The notes beneath the pieces were generated by a model, which saw only the letters and a program-made list of their open reading frames with translations, made no database searches and was not told the DNA's origin. A DNA stretch of 64,000 bases from an uncultured delta proteobacterium (GTDB taxonomy: Bacteria > Desulfobacterota > Binatia > UBA9968): assembly GCA_963745835.1 (NCBI GenBank), contig CAVUZH010000013.1:320001-384000 (forward strand). The letters are read 5' to 3'. Positions within the stretch are counted from its first letter, which is position 1; each line of letters opens with the position of its first letter. The position numbers and the translations under genes were made by a program. Shown here in pieces: positions 1 through 10,417 of this stretch.

Positions 1-149
1 GATCCACCATCAGGCCGCAAGCCGAGATCCGCGCGATTATTGTTTGATTTAGCGGCGCTAGCAGGTTGGCTGTTGCTTGCAATTTCCCCACTGTGCCAAT
101 AAGAATAAGTGATTGGTTTATTTGCGTCAGTGAAAGTAGGATCTTCTCT

Positions 150-848
150 ATGTCCCGAGACCAACACCCGGAAGCGGTTATCGTTCACAGCTCTGACTTG
201 CATCTCGGCACCGACGACAGCTTCAGCGAGCGCGATTCTTTAGCGGTTCTTCCCAAAGTTCTCAGCGCGGCCATCGAAGCTCGCGCCGACATCGTCGTCC
301 TCGCTGGAGATACTTTTGACAATCACCGCCAGCCTGGCGACCTTCTTGAACGCGCGGCGCAAATTTTGCGCGATTACGGCGATCCCATCGTTATTTTACC
401 CGGCAATCACGACCCACTGACACCGGATTCGGTCTACCGCCGTGGCGGGCTTGCGCAGATTCCCAACGTTCACATAATCGGTCTCAACGTTGATCAATCC
501 GTGATGTTCCCCGAATTCGAACTTGAAATCTGGGGCCGAGCGCACCTCGACTACACCGATATGTCGCCGCTTGCCGACCCGCGGCCGCGCTCGACCCGCT
601 GGCAACTTGCCGCTGCGCATGGGCATTATGTCGACGAACAGAGAGATCCGAATCGGCTGATCGGCTCATGGCTGATTCACCGTGAAGAATTGCTCGCCAC
701 CGGCGCCGATTACGTGGCGCTGGGCCACTGGAATCAGGCAACTCCCGTCGGCAGCGGCGAGATTACCGCCTACTATTCCGGTTCGCCTGAGTACGCCGGC
801 ACTGTGAATGTCATCCGGCTCACAGTCCAGGGGCGCCGTCGAAGTTAG
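150..848 (+). CDS. Calcineurin-like metallophosphoesterase (SbcD/Mre11-like nuclease domain)
   Basis: Motifs SDLH, AGDTFD, PGNHD, AHGH, ALGHWN; ATG at 150 preferred over the TTG at 66. Confidence 0.85.
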   Translation: MSRDQHPEAVIVHSSDLHLGTDDSFSERDSLAVLPKVLSAAIEARADIVVLAGDTFDNHRQPGDLLERAAQILRDYGDPIVILPGNHDPLTPDSVYRRGGLAQIPNVHIIGLNVDQSVMFPEFELEIWGRAHLDYTDMSPLADPRPRSTRWQLAAAHGHYVDEQRDPNRLIGSWLIHREELLATGADYVALGHWNQATPVGSGEITAYYSGSPEYAGTVNVIRLTVQGRRRS

Positions 849-893
849 CCAGGCGCCGCTGAACGGAATTCTCCGCTAGCAAATCACGGATTC

Positions 894-1856
894 TTAGGAC
901 AGTTCATTGACCGGATTCTTCGGTCGTTTCCCCTCCAGAACTCGAATCACCTCTTGCGCCGCGCCCCATTCGCCGCGCGCCGACGCTTCCATCGTCACGG
1001 CGCCCAGGTGCGGCGTCCATAGGACATTGGCGAGGTTGAACAGCGGATGATTGTTAGGGGGCGGCTCGCTTTCGATGACGTCCAATGCCGCGCCGGCAAT
1101 TTTGTTCTCTCGTAAAGCTTCGAGCAAAGCTTGCTCATCGATGATACCGCCGCGCGCCGCATTGATCAGATAGGCGGAAGGTTTCATCAATGCCAGCTCC
1201 CTCGCCGCAATCATCCTCTCCGTTTCATCATTCAGCGGACAATGGATAGTCACGAAATCCGATTCCGCAAGCAATTCATCCAAGCTAAGCCACCGGCCGC
1301 CGAGCGCCGTGACATGGGATTCGGGAATATAGGGATCATAGACAATGAAGGACATTTCGAAGGCCCGGGCGCGCAGCGCCACCCGCGCGCCGATGTTTCC
1401 CATGCCGATGATGCCCAACGTTTTTCCCGCCAATTCGGTGCCGAGGTATTTGAGGTAATCGCCCCAGCGATTTTCTTTCACGGCGCGATTGGCCTCGTGC
1501 GTGTGGCGCACCAGGGCAATCATTTGGCCGAACACCAACTCGGCGACCGACACGGCATTGCTGCCGGGCATATTGGTGACCCAAATCTTGCATTGTCTCG
1601 CCGCAGACAAATCGACCCGCGACGGATCGACACCGACGCCGGTGCGCGCGATGATCTTTAACCGCCCGCGGCTCTCTTCCATGTGATCGCGTGTGATTTT
1701 TCCCTTGCGGCTTATTACCGCATCCGCGCGTGGCGCCTCCTGGTCCCATCGCTCCGGCGCTATCCAGGGATTGACCACCACGACTTCCGCACGCTGCCGC
1801 AACCACTCGAGCACATCGCTTTGAAATTCTTCGACCAACACTCGTCCGAGAAACAT
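894..1856 (-). CDS. D-isomer-specific 2-hydroxyacid dehydrogenase (SerA-like, no ACT domain)
   Basis: GIIGMGNIG Rossmann motif, INAARG, ALDV..EP, TPHLG; GGAGG RBS upstream. Confidence 0.92.
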   Translation of the reverse strand: MFLGRVLVEEFQSDVLEWLRQRAEVVVVNPWIAPERWDQEAPRADAVISRKGKITRDHMEESRGRLKIIARTGVGVDPSRVDLSAARQCKIWVTNMPGSNAVSVAELVFGQMIALVRHTHEANRAVKENRWGDYLKYLGTELAGKTLGIIGMGNIGARVALRARAFEMSFIVYDPYIPESHVTALGGRWLSLDELLAESDFVTIHCPLNDETERMIAARELALMKPSAYLINAARGGIIDEQALLEALRENKIAGAALDVIESEPPPNNHPLFNLANVLWTPHLGAVTMEASARGEWGAAQEVIRVLEGKRPKNPVNELS

Positions 1857-2021
1857 TTATTGCCTCCTGTTTCCGTTACATGGTAGGGATAGCCATGTTG
1901 ACAGCTTTGACTGTAATTTGTCTCGCGCGCCACGGACCTCGATTAGTTATATGGCGCAAATGATTTTTTCGGAATACGCGGAGATCTATTGGATCCTCGG
2001 GAGGCGGGCATAAAACGATGG

Positions 2022-3020
2022 ATGCTGTTTAGAACACTTCTCTGGCTTTTGCCCTTATTGATCACGGCATTATTGCCGCCGGCATCGTCGGCGCAAGAGA
2101 AAAAATCCCTGCGCATCGTCTTCGTCAGCCTCTCATGGAACAACCAACTGCCCTTTCGCATCGCCATCGCCAAAGGCTTTTTCAAAGATCAAGGCCTCGC
2201 CGTGGAGCAGATCTTCGTGCGTGGCGGCCCTACGGCGATCGCGGCGCTGGTTTCGGGAAATGTAGACTTTGCCAGCATCGGCGGCGCCCAAGCGCCGATC
2301 CGCAGCAATGCTCGCGGTCTCGATCTACAGATCATCGCCTCGCTATCCAATTACACGAACTACGCGCTTCTCGGCAGCAAGGAAGCTAAAAGCGTCGAGG
2401 AATTGCGCGGCAAGATCATCGGTGTCACCGGAGCCGGCGCGTTCTCCGACTTCGCCATCAGGATTTTTCTCAAGAGAAACAACCTCGATCCCGACAAGGA
2501 CGTCACCCTGCGGGCGATCGGCGGAACCGCATTGCGGGCCATCGCGCTCGAACGAGGCATCATCGCCGCCGCGCCGTTTACCGCCGAGGATACGATCCGA
2601 TTGCTGGACAAAGGTTTTCCAATGATCGTGAATATGAACGAGGCGCTGCGAATCCCGCAGAGCATCTTCGTCACCCGGGGTGAGATGCTGCAAAAAAATC
2701 CGGAGACTACCAAGCGCTTTCTGAAAGCCGTAATCCTGGGAATGCAATTTGCTAAACAGCACAAAAAAGAAGCGCTCCAGACCGGCTTTGCCGCCGGACT
2801 CACAGGAGATCCGGATGTCGCCAGCCGTTCCTACGATCTCTTCAGTCCGGGCTACGCCGCCGACCTGGCGGTCGCCCAAGACGGCATCCAGATCATGCTG
2901 GACGAAGACATCCGCGCCGGATTGGTCGATAAGAAATTCACTCTCGACCGCGTCATCAACGACCGCATCCTCAAACAAGCGCAACAGGAGTTGCGAAACG
3001 AAGGGCGTTTGAAACCGTGA
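2022..3020 (+). CDS. ABC transporter substrate-binding protein, NMT1/SsuA/THI5 family
   Basis: Signal peptide; KGFFKDQGL, AALVSGNVDF, ELRGKIIGV. Confidence 0.88.
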   Translation: MLFRTLLWLLPLLITALLPPASSAQEKKSLRIVFVSLSWNNQLPFRIAIAKGFFKDQGLAVEQIFVRGGPTAIAALVSGNVDFASIGGAQAPIRSNARGLDLQIIASLSNYTNYALLGSKEAKSVEELRGKIIGVTGAGAFSDFAIRIFLKRNNLDPDKDVTLRAIGGTALRAIALERGIIAAAPFTAEDTIRLLDKGFPMIVNMNEALRIPQSIFVTRGEMLQKNPETTKRFLKAVILGMQFAKQHKKEALQTGFAAGLTGDPDVASRSYDLFSPGYAADLAVAQDGIQIMLDEDIRAGLVDKKFTLDRVINDRILKQAQQELRNEGRLKP

Positions 3021-3464
3021 GGTAGATCGAACGTAGCTCAGTAAATAGTTTCACATCCTACCCGATAGTCGTTTAGCTCTGTCGCCGCCAATCACAGCTA
3101 GAAAACGCCTCAGCTAGTGAGTTAAAATACCCGCTTTTATATACTCTCGACTGGTCGTCTTTCGAAAGTCTCCTTAACATTCGTGCCAACTAGGAATTTT
3201 TCCCTCACGATGCTGGCAAATGAGTAAGATTGAATGGTAACTTCTCACCTGAGAATTGGCACGATATGCGAGAAGAAGCAGCTTCGAGTCTAGATCGGGT
3301 TAGCTCCGCTTTTCTAGCTATCGCTCGTATTTAAACCCAAGGCAGAACCTGCTCGGCCAATTCGATTTCCGATTAGCTGTTGGCTCAATAAACTCCGCCA
3401 CCTTCTAATCCGACGTTCTCGTGCTGAGCAGATCCCAGTTGGTTTCAATTGCAAGCGAAACAAC

Positions 3465-4019
3465 ATGAAGCAAACAGAGTCACGCAAGCCGCGCGTCAGT
3501 CAACTCGAGCTGTTCCTGGCTTTTTCTCGAATCAGCCTGTCGAGCTTCGGCGGCGCGATTTTCTGGGCAAGACGCGAGCTGGTCGACCGGCGGCGCTGGC
3601 TCACGGATCGGGAGTTTGTCGACGTCTTCACGCTCGGACAGCTTCTGCCGGGACCTAATGTGCTCAATCTGACGGTGATAGTTGGTCATCGTTTCGCCGG
3701 CTGGACCGGCGCCGCTGCGGGCATCGCCGGGTTCTTGGGTTGGCCTTGCCTCATGGTGGTCGGCATGGGCGTGCTGTACCAGCATTACGGAGCTCTGCCG
3801 TATGTGCAGCAGGCACTCACGGGTATGTCAAGCGTAGCGGCAGGGTTGCTGCTCGCGACCGTGATCAAGTTGGCGGCGGTGTTGCCTCGAAATTGGCGGC
3901 CCTGGCTGTTCGGCATACTCGCGTTCGTCGCGGTCGGCATCATGCGCTGGCCGCTCCTATGGGTCATGGGTGCTCTCGCGCCATGGGCTGTGTTGGCGGC
4001 CTGGAAAGAGCCCGAGTGA
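3465..4019 (+). CDS. Short-chain chromate ion transporter (CHR family), first half
   Basis: SFGG, GQLLPGPN motifs; several TM helices. Confidence 0.9.
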   Translation: MKQTESRKPRVSQLELFLAFSRISLSSFGGAIFWARRELVDRRRWLTDREFVDVFTLGQLLPGPNVLNLTVIVGHRFAGWTGAAAGIAGFLGWPCLMVVGMGVLYQHYGALPYVQQALTGMSSVAAGLLLATVIKLAAVLPRNWRPWLFGILAFVAVGIMRWPLLWVMGALAPWAVLAAWKEPE

Positions 4020-4546
4020 TGGATCGGCTTGATCTGGGCGGTCTGTTTGTTCATTTTCTCATCCTCTGGTTCATCGCCATCGGCGGTCCGTCGACGATTC
4101 TGCCGGACATTCACCGCTACCTGGTCGAAGTGCACCACCTGCTGACCAACGCGGAGTTTGTCGAGATTTACACGTTGGCGCAGGTCGCACCCGGCCCTAA
4201 CGCCATGTACGTTACTCTGATCGGCTGGCACTTGGCGGGCTGGAAAGGCGTAGCCGCGACGACAATCCCGCTACTCGTGCCAGCTACCACTCTCACATTG
4301 TTAGTCGGCCACTTAAACGAGCGCTATCCCAATGCCCGGGGTGCTCGCGCCATTCGCCGAGGTTTGATGCCGATTACAATTGGGCTTGTCTTCGCGAGCG
4401 CGACGATATTGATGCGCGCAGTGAACCACGATTGGCGCGGCTACTTGATCACGATCCTCACCGTCGCCGTCGTCCTGCGCAAGCCATGGAACCCCCTTTG
4501 GCTTTTCGCCGCCGGCGCACTGGCGGGCATGGTCGGATTTGTCTGA
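4019..4546 (+). CDS. Short-chain chromate ion transporter (CHR family), second half
   Basis: AIGG, AQVAPGPN motifs; ATG at 4019 overlaps the upstream TGA (TGATG). Confidence 0.88.
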   Translation: MDRLDLGGLFVHFLILWFIAIGGPSTILPDIHRYLVEVHHLLTNAEFVEIYTLAQVAPGPNAMYVTLIGWHLAGWKGVAATTIPLLVPATTLTLLVGHLNERYPNARGARAIRRGLMPITIGLVFASATILMRAVNHDWRGYLITILTVAVVLRKPWNPLWLFAAGALAGMVGFV

Positions 4547-4845
4547 TGCGCCGCCCGCGGATTGCTTTCAACATACTGTCAAAGCCCTTTGACGACGCTG
4601 AGGCCGAACGGATATGTACACGAAAAGCACGATCCTGAACCGTTTCGTGCTGAGCACATTACGAGAGTTTTCATACAGTCAGTCGCTGTGGAGGGAACGC
4701 GGCTGGATCGCTGTGTCATTGTGAACTGCAGAAACCTGCTTCAAGCCGCATTATTGACTCGTTGTCCGAATATCGACTACTCTCCGCAACAGCAGACTGA
4801 GGTTGCGCGATTCCGGCTCGTATTCAAGCAAGTAACAGATAGATT

Positions 4846-7224
4846 TTGGAAACATCATCTCGATTCATCGGCCGTAGCATCAAGCCAGATAAATCCAATC
4901 GCTTCATCACTGGAGACGGCATGTACGTTGGCGATGTTCGACTGCCGAACATGCTTCATGCTGCTTTGGTGCGGAGCGTTCACGCGCACGCGCGTATCCG
5001 CGAGGTCGATGTCCAGGAAGCTCGTGGTCTGGACGGAGTCGTTGGCGTGTGGACCGAACGGGAGATCAAGGGTCGAATATCCCCGTTTCCGGAAAGCTTC
5101 GAGATCCACCCGGCGCGCTGGCTGGAAGGCGTAAAGCCGGTGCTGCAGGGTCCGCGGCCGACCGCTTTGGCACAAGGGAAGGTTCATTATGTCGGCGAGC
5201 CGGTGGCCATCGTTGTTGCCGAGGATCGCGCCAGAGCGGAAGATGCCGTCGATGCCGTTGCAATTGACTATGAAGAGTTGCCGGTCGTCGCCGACCCCGA
5301 GGAGTCACTCCGGCCGGGCGCACCCCTGGTCCACGAAGGATCGACGAGTAACGTTGTCTTCGGCTTCTCGATCGCTAAGGGCAATGTTGACCAGGCGTTG
5401 GGCGCTGCTCCCTATCGATTAAGCGAGCGATTCCGTCATCACCGCTATTGCGCCGCGCCTCTGGAATGCCGCGGCGTACTCGCCTGGGTCGAGCCCAAAA
5501 CAAACATCCTCACGGTCTGGTCCTCGACGCAGATGCCTCATCTGGTACGGCGGCAGATCGCCGCACAACTCGGTCTTTCCGAAGAGGGGGTGCGGGTGAT
5601 CGCGCCGGATATCGGCGGCGGATTCGGCCCCAAGGTATTCGCTTATCCGGAGGAAATGCTTGTCCCGTTCCTGGCGCTTGAACTCGGCCGTCCGGTGAAA
5701 TGGATCGAGGATCGCTCGGAACATTTCATCAGCACGGCGCACGGCCGTGACCAGCTCCACGATGTCGAGATGGCATTCGACGAGACCGGCCGGATCCTGG
5801 CGCTTCGCGACCGGTTCCTGCTCGACAACGGCGCCTACAATCCGATGGGATTGACGGACGCATACAACACCGCCGCTCATATTCAGGGTCCCTACAAAAT
5901 ACCCAACTTGTCGGTCACCGGCACCTGCGTTTCAACCAACAAAGTGCCCAATGCGCCCTACCGAGGCGCTGGACGGCCTGAAGCCGTATTCGTGATGGAG
6001 CGCTCGATCGACATTATTGCGGCGCGCCTGGGACTCGATACTGCCACGGTGCGCCAGCGCAATCTTGTTCAACCCGAGGAGATGCCCTACGACGCCGGAA
6101 TCTTATACCGCGACGGCGAACCGATCTGTTACGACAGCGGGAACTTTCCTGAGACACTGAAGCGCGCCCTGGAGGCGGCAGATTACGACGAGCTGCGCAA
6201 GCGACAACGGGAAGCGCGCAAACACGGCCGCTATCTTGGCATCGGCATCGGCTGTTACGTCGAGGGCACCGGTGTCGGTTCTTTCGAGGGCGCCAAAGTG
6301 CGCATTGACTCATCCGGGCAACTGATCATCGCCACCGGCGCCACCGGGCACGGCCAAGGTCACGAAACAGTTTATGCGCAAATCGCCGCTGATCTCTGGG
6401 GAGTGAGTCTCGACAAGGTCAGCCTCATTGAAGGCGATACCGCGTCGATACCATTCGGCTGTGGCACCTTTGGCAGCCGCAGCACCGTCAATGTCGGATC
6501 CGCTATTCATGGCGCCTCCATGCGCCTTAAGGAAAAAGTGCGGCGGCTAGCCGCGCACATCCTGGAAGCCAACCCGGATGATTTGGAACTAGACCGAGGA
6601 AAAGTTTTCATCCGGGGAATGCCGCAGCGCTCGATTTCATTTGCCGAGCTGGCGCGCGCGGCCGTGCCAGGATGGGCCTCGAAACTGCCGGAGGAGATGG
6701 AACCCGGTCTGGAGGCGATCTTTTATTTTGTGCCGCCCACGGTTACATGGGCCAATGCCACCCACGTTGCGGTGATTGAAGTCGATGTACAGACGGGTGC
6801 CATTAAGCTCCTCGACTATACCGTCGCTCATGACGCTGGCAGGTTGATCAATCCGTTATTAGTCGACGGGCAAATCCATGGCGGCGTAGCGCAGGGAATC
6901 GGCGCCGCGCTCTATGAAGAAATCGTTTACGATCCGAATTGCCAAATGCTGAGCGGCAGTTTCGTCAACTATCTTTTGCCCGGGTCCATGGAGGTGCCGT
7001 CTATCAAAACGGTTCACCTGCAATCGCCTTCACCGCTAAACCCTTTGGGAGTCAAAGGATTGGGTGAGGGCGGTGCGATCGCCCCGCCGGCGGCGATTGC
7101 CAACGCCTTAGCTGACGCGCTCCTTCCACTGGCGGCCCGGGTGAACGAAATCCCCTTAACGCCGGAGCGGGTGATGGAGATTCTCGCGCGCAAAGAGGTC
7201 AACGTTGAAGCCGGCGCCGTTTGA
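4846..7224 (+). CDS. Xanthine dehydrogenase/CoxL-family molybdopterin-binding large subunit (form II CODH-like motif)
   Basis: IGGGFGPK, PYRGAGRPE, GQGHET, GTFGSRS, GQIHGGVAQG, KGLGEGG. Confidence 0.93.
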   Translation: METSSRFIGRSIKPDKSNRFITGDGMYVGDVRLPNMLHAALVRSVHAHARIREVDVQEARGLDGVVGVWTEREIKGRISPFPESFEIHPARWLEGVKPVLQGPRPTALAQGKVHYVGEPVAIVVAEDRARAEDAVDAVAIDYEELPVVADPEESLRPGAPLVHEGSTSNVVFGFSIAKGNVDQALGAAPYRLSERFRHHRYCAAPLECRGVLAWVEPKTNILTVWSSTQMPHLVRRQIAAQLGLSEEGVRVIAPDIGGGFGPKVFAYPEEMLVPFLALELGRPVKWIEDRSEHFISTAHGRDQLHDVEMAFDETGRILALRDRFLLDNGAYNPMGLTDAYNTAAHIQGPYKIPNLSVTGTCVSTNKVPNAPYRGAGRPEAVFVMERSIDIIAARLGLDTATVRQRNLVQPEEMPYDAGILYRDGEPICYDSGNFPETLKRALEAADYDELRKRQREARKHGRYLGIGIGCYVEGTGVGSFEGAKVRIDSSGQLIIATGATGHGQGHETVYAQIAADLWGVSLDKVSLIEGDTASIPFGCGTFGSRSTVNVGSAIHGASMRLKEKVRRLAAHILEANPDDLELDRGKVFIRGMPQRSISFAELARAAVPGWASKLPEEMEPGLEAIFYFVPPTVTWANATHVAVIEVDVQTGAIKLLDYTVAHDAGRLINPLLVDGQIHGGVAQGIGAALYEEIVYDPNCQMLSGSFVNYLLPGSMEVPSIKTVHLQSPSPLNPLGVKGLGEGGAIAPPAAIANALADALLPLAARVNEIPLTPERVMEILARKEVNVEAGAV

Positions 7225-8086
7225 GTACGTGGCCCCTGAAAGCGTCGAGGAAGCTTTGGCTGCTTTGCAGCAAAACAATCCTGACGGGAAAATTCTCGCC
7301 GGAGGTCAGAGTCTGTTGCCGCTGCTGAATTTGCGCTTGACCAAACCGAAACTCCTCGTTGATCTGAACGGCATCTCCGGCCTTGACGGCATTCGTGAAA
7401 CGCCGGAAGGTTTAGCGATTGGTGCGATGACGCGGCAGAGCAAGCTTGAGCACTCGCTGCTAGTGCGCCAGAGGTGCCCGTTACTTGCCGAGGCGATCCG
7501 ATACATAGGTCACGTGGCCATTCGCCACCGCGGCACGATCGGTGGAAGCCTTGCTCACGCCGATCCCGCCGCCGAGCTTCCCGCGCTAGCTCTAGCCCTC
7601 GATGCGAAGTTCGCGATCGCCGGCAGAGGAGCCGATCGCGTCATTTCCGCCGAGGAATTTTTTCTCGATTTCCTGACTACCGCTCTGGCTCCGGATGAAA
7701 TTCTTCGGCAAATCGTTTTTCCGATCATTCGACCTTCTTCCGGTTACGCGCTAGAAGAAATCGCCCGGCGTCATGGTGACTTTGCAATAGCCGGCGTTGT
7801 CGTGATCGTCGATCTTGATGACGCCGGCAAGATTGCCGAAGCGCGTGTCGCGCTTTTCGGATTAGCGCCAACGCCGGTGCGGGCGCGCCAAGCGGAGCGC
7901 GCCTTGGTCGGACGAGAACTCGATGACAGAGCGATGCTCGATGCAGCTGTGCTTCTCGAAGAGGTCCTGGAGCCGCCCGGGGATATTCGCGCATCGAGCG
8001 CCTATCGCAAGCATGCCGCCGCAGTGCTGTTGAGCAGGGCGCTCAAGAGAGCGGTGCAAGTCTGTCACACGAGACGCATACCATGA
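7205..8086 (+). CDS. CoxM-family FAD-binding medium subunit
   Basis: KPAPFEY N-terminus, LAGGQSL, RGTIGGSLAHADPAAE, ARRHGDFA. Confidence 0.93.
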   Translation: MKPAPFEYVAPESVEEALAALQQNNPDGKILAGGQSLLPLLNLRLTKPKLLVDLNGISGLDGIRETPEGLAIGAMTRQSKLEHSLLVRQRCPLLAEAIRYIGHVAIRHRGTIGGSLAHADPAAELPALALALDAKFAIAGRGADRVISAEEFFLDFLTTALAPDEILRQIVFPIIRPSSGYALEEIARRHGDFAIAGVVVIVDLDDAGKIAEARVALFGLAPTPVRARQAERALVGRELDDRAMLDAAVLLEEVLEPPGDIRASSAYRKHAAAVLLSRALKRAVQVCHTRRIP

Positions 8087-8583
8087 CAGCGAAATATCCC
8101 ATCGCGATCACCGTCAACGAAAAACGCTACGAGGCGCCCGCCGAGCCCCGGATGTCGCTCGCTGATTTCCTGCGCGATCAGCTCGGGCTCACCGGGACTC
8201 ATCTGGGCTGCGAACAAGGAATATGCGGCAGCTGTACGGTTCTTTTCAATGGCGAGACGGTTCGTTCCTGCCTGCTTCTCGCCGTGCAGGCAAACGGCGG
8301 AGTAATCCTTACCATCGAGGGATTGGCTGCACGGGCGGAGGCCGGTCAACCGCTCCATGCAATCCAACAAGGATTTCTTGAGACCGGCGGCTTCCAGTGC
8401 GGCTTTTGCACCCCGGGCTTTCTTATGACCGCCTATGAGTTGCTTAACGAAAACTTGTCTCCTTCGGAAGATGAAATACGCGAGCGCTTGAGCGGCAACT
8501 TGTGCCGCTGCACAGGTTATCAAAATATTGTTGCCGCCATCCTATGGGCGGCGGAGCGCCTTCGGCGCCAGGCGAGCCGGTGA
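8083..8583 (+). CDS. CoxS-family [2Fe-2S] small subunit
   Basis: GCEQGICGSC, QCGFCTPG, GNLCRCTGY. Confidence 0.94.
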   Translation: MTAKYPIAITVNEKRYEAPAEPRMSLADFLRDQLGLTGTHLGCEQGICGSCTVLFNGETVRSCLLLAVQANGGVILTIEGLAARAEAGQPLHAIQQGFLETGGFQCGFCTPGFLMTAYELLNENLSPSEDEIRERLSGNLCRCTGYQNIVAAILWAAERLRRQASR

Positions 8584-9365
8584 TGGCGACCATTTTGCGT
8601 CTCAGGGATCTCGGGAAGATCTGGCACATCGAGCGAACCAAAGAGCAGGTGGTGGCGCTCGGAGGCATCAGTCTGGATGTCGAGCAAGGCGAGTTTCTTA
8701 TTTTTATTGGGCCATCGGGCTGTGGAAAGTCGACCCTGCTTCAGATCATTGCCGGATTGGAGGAACCTGCCAGCGGCACTGTCGAAGTCAGCAAATCTGC
8801 CGATGGTCAGAAACAAACCGGAATGGTGTTTCAGGAATACGCGCTTTTCCCCTGGCGCACGGTCCTGGAGAATATCGTGTTCGGTCCCGAAGTGAGAAGC
8901 GTGGCGAGACACCAGCGAGAAGCCAATGCGCAGAAACTGATCGAGCTAGTTCATCTCAGGAGCTTTGAACATCGTTATCCGCACGAGCTGTCGGGCGGCA
9001 TGCGCCAGCGCGTAGCGCTGGCGCGCGCTCTCGCCAATGACCCGGCCATTTTGCTGTTTGACGAACCGCTCGCTTCTTTGGATGCCCAGACGCGCAAGGT
9101 TTTGCAAGTAGAGCTCGTGCGCATTTGGCAGGAGACCAAACGGACCTTCATCTATGTCACCCACGCGCTGGAGGAGGCTGTGCTGCTCGGCGACCGCGTG
9201 GTTCTTTTTACCGCTCGACCTGGCCGCATAAAGGAAATTGTGCCGGTGCGGCTGCCGCGGCCGCGAAGCATTACCGGGGCGCGCGAGGTCGAGCTGCTCG
9301 AATATCTTTCGGAGCAAATCCGTGAAGAGGTGGAGCAGGCGCTCAAGGCAGAAGGTCTCACATAA
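8583..9365 (+). CDS. NitT/TauT family ABC transporter ATP-binding protein
   Basis: GPSGCGKS, LSGGMRQR, LLFDEP, YVTH; ATG overlaps the upstream TGA. Confidence 0.93.
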   Translation: MATILRLRDLGKIWHIERTKEQVVALGGISLDVEQGEFLIFIGPSGCGKSTLLQIIAGLEEPASGTVEVSKSADGQKQTGMVFQEYALFPWRTVLENIVFGPEVRSVARHQREANAQKLIELVHLRSFEHRYPHELSGGMRQRVALARALANDPAILLFDEPLASLDAQTRKVLQVELVRIWQETKRTFIYVTHALEEAVLLGDRVVLFTARPGRIKEIVPVRLPRPRSITGAREVELLEYLSEQIREEVEQALKAEGLT

Positions 9366-9371
9366 TGGAAA

Positions 9372-9506
9372 TTGGAGTATTGGAGTAATGCAGCACTGGG
9401 TAAAATCAATACTCCGCTATCCCGCATTTCAACCAGAGATCGGAATGATATCCAAGTAATGAACTATTGGAATTGAAATCCACCACTCCAATACTCCACA
9501 CTCCAA
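9372..9506. repeat. Intergenic octamer tandem repeats in inverted arrangement (GGAGTATT / AATACTCC)
   Basis: ttGGAGTATTGGAGTAATg near 9372-9390, AATACTCC near 9408, and cACTCCAATACTCCAcACTCCA near 9484-9505. Confidence 0.6.
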
Positions 9507-9531
9507 CCGTTAGTAGTTCTCGGGAGGTTTT

Positions 9532-10293
9532 ATGAAAGCTCTGTGGAGACGCTATCGGCCGCTACGGATCCTTTCCCCAATCGCTTTCCTACTGATCTGG
9601 GAAGGCGTCGTGCGGCTCGGCGGAGTCAATCAGCTCCTCGTGCCCGCGCCCGGCGCAGTTCTGCGCACCATGGTGGAATTGACGCTGAACGGGCAATTGC
9701 CGTGGGCCATCGCCGTGAGTCTGGTTCGCGTGTTGCAGGGGTTTATTTACGGTTCGATTCTGGGAATCGTATTGGGGTTGCTAGTGGGCTGGTTCCGCGC
9801 CGTCGAAGACGCCGTCGACCCGCTCGTGGGCGCGATCTATCCAATCCCAAAGTCGGCATTGTTTCCGCTGTTCATCCTGTGGTTCGGTCTCGGTGAAACC
9901 TCGAAGGTCATGACCATCATGATCGGTGTAGTTTTTCTGGTGCTTATCAATACTGTCACCGGAGTGAAAGCGATCGATCCGGTGCTCCTCAAGGCGGCGC
10001 GAGATCTCGGCGCAAACCAACGGCAGATTTTCATGAAAGTCGTTATTCCAGGGGCCTTGCCCAATATCTTTACCGGCCTCAGGCTTGGCGCGGGTACGGC
10101 GTTGATCCTGGTCTTCATCACCGAGATCGAGGCGACCAAAGCGGGCCTCGGGTTTCTACTCTGGGAATCGTACCAGTTGCTTCTCGTAAAGCAGGTATTC
10201 GGCTGCACCATCGCCTTCGGCATTCTCGGCATTCTGAGCAGCTGGACGTTGCAGTGGCTCGAGCGGATCATGTGCCCATGGAAGCGCTCCTAG
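9532..10293 (+). CDS. NitT/TauT family ABC transporter permease
   Basis: YPIPK, EAA-like loop KAARDLGA, PGALP.IFTGLRLG; GGGAGG RBS. Confidence 0.92.
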   Translation: MKALWRRYRPLRILSPIAFLLIWEGVVRLGGVNQLLVPAPGAVLRTMVELTLNGQLPWAIAVSLVRVLQGFIYGSILGIVLGLLVGWFRAVEDAVDPLVGAIYPIPKSALFPLFILWFGLGETSKVMTIMIGVVFLVLINTVTGVKAIDPVLLKAARDLGANQRQIFMKVVIPGALPNIFTGLRLGAGTALILVFITEIEATKAGLGFLLWESYQLLLVKQVFGCTIAFGILGILSSWTLQWLERIMCPWKRS

Positions 10294-10417
10294 CGCGCCG
10301 GTGAAAAACGCCCATCTACTTCGTTGCGCTCGTTCGTCTCGCTTCAACGTACTGAAGCGTACGCCTCAGCTCATCAATCTTCGCGCGCCTCATAGCTGGA
10401 CCTTTTTGACCAGCGCG
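10294..10417. repeat. ~124-bp MITE/REP-like element with imperfect 15-bp terminal inverted repeats
   Basis: Left end CGCGCCGGTGAAAAA; right end TTTTTGACCAGCGCG (13/15 complementary); diverged copy at ~63028-63153. Confidence 0.65.

Noticed and set aside
150-848. SbcCD/Mre11-Rad50 repair or defence nuclease
   Set aside because: No SMC/SbcC partner downstream in the window and the protein is a bare phosphoesterase domain; upstream context is not visible.
3170-3275. Sigma54 promoter from two TGGCACGA matches in inverted orientation
   Set aside because: Neither has GC at the required GG-N10-GC spacing.
4562-5134. This and most other alternative-frame ORFs in the track
   Set aside because: Shadow ORFs overlapping well-supported genes in GC-rich DNA; kept only where they supply frameshifted parts of real genes.
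4846-8583. Aerobic CO dehydrogenase (form I coxMSL)
   Set aside because: The active-site loop is PYRGAGR rather than AYxCSFR, the gene order is L-M-S, and no cox accessory genes are present.
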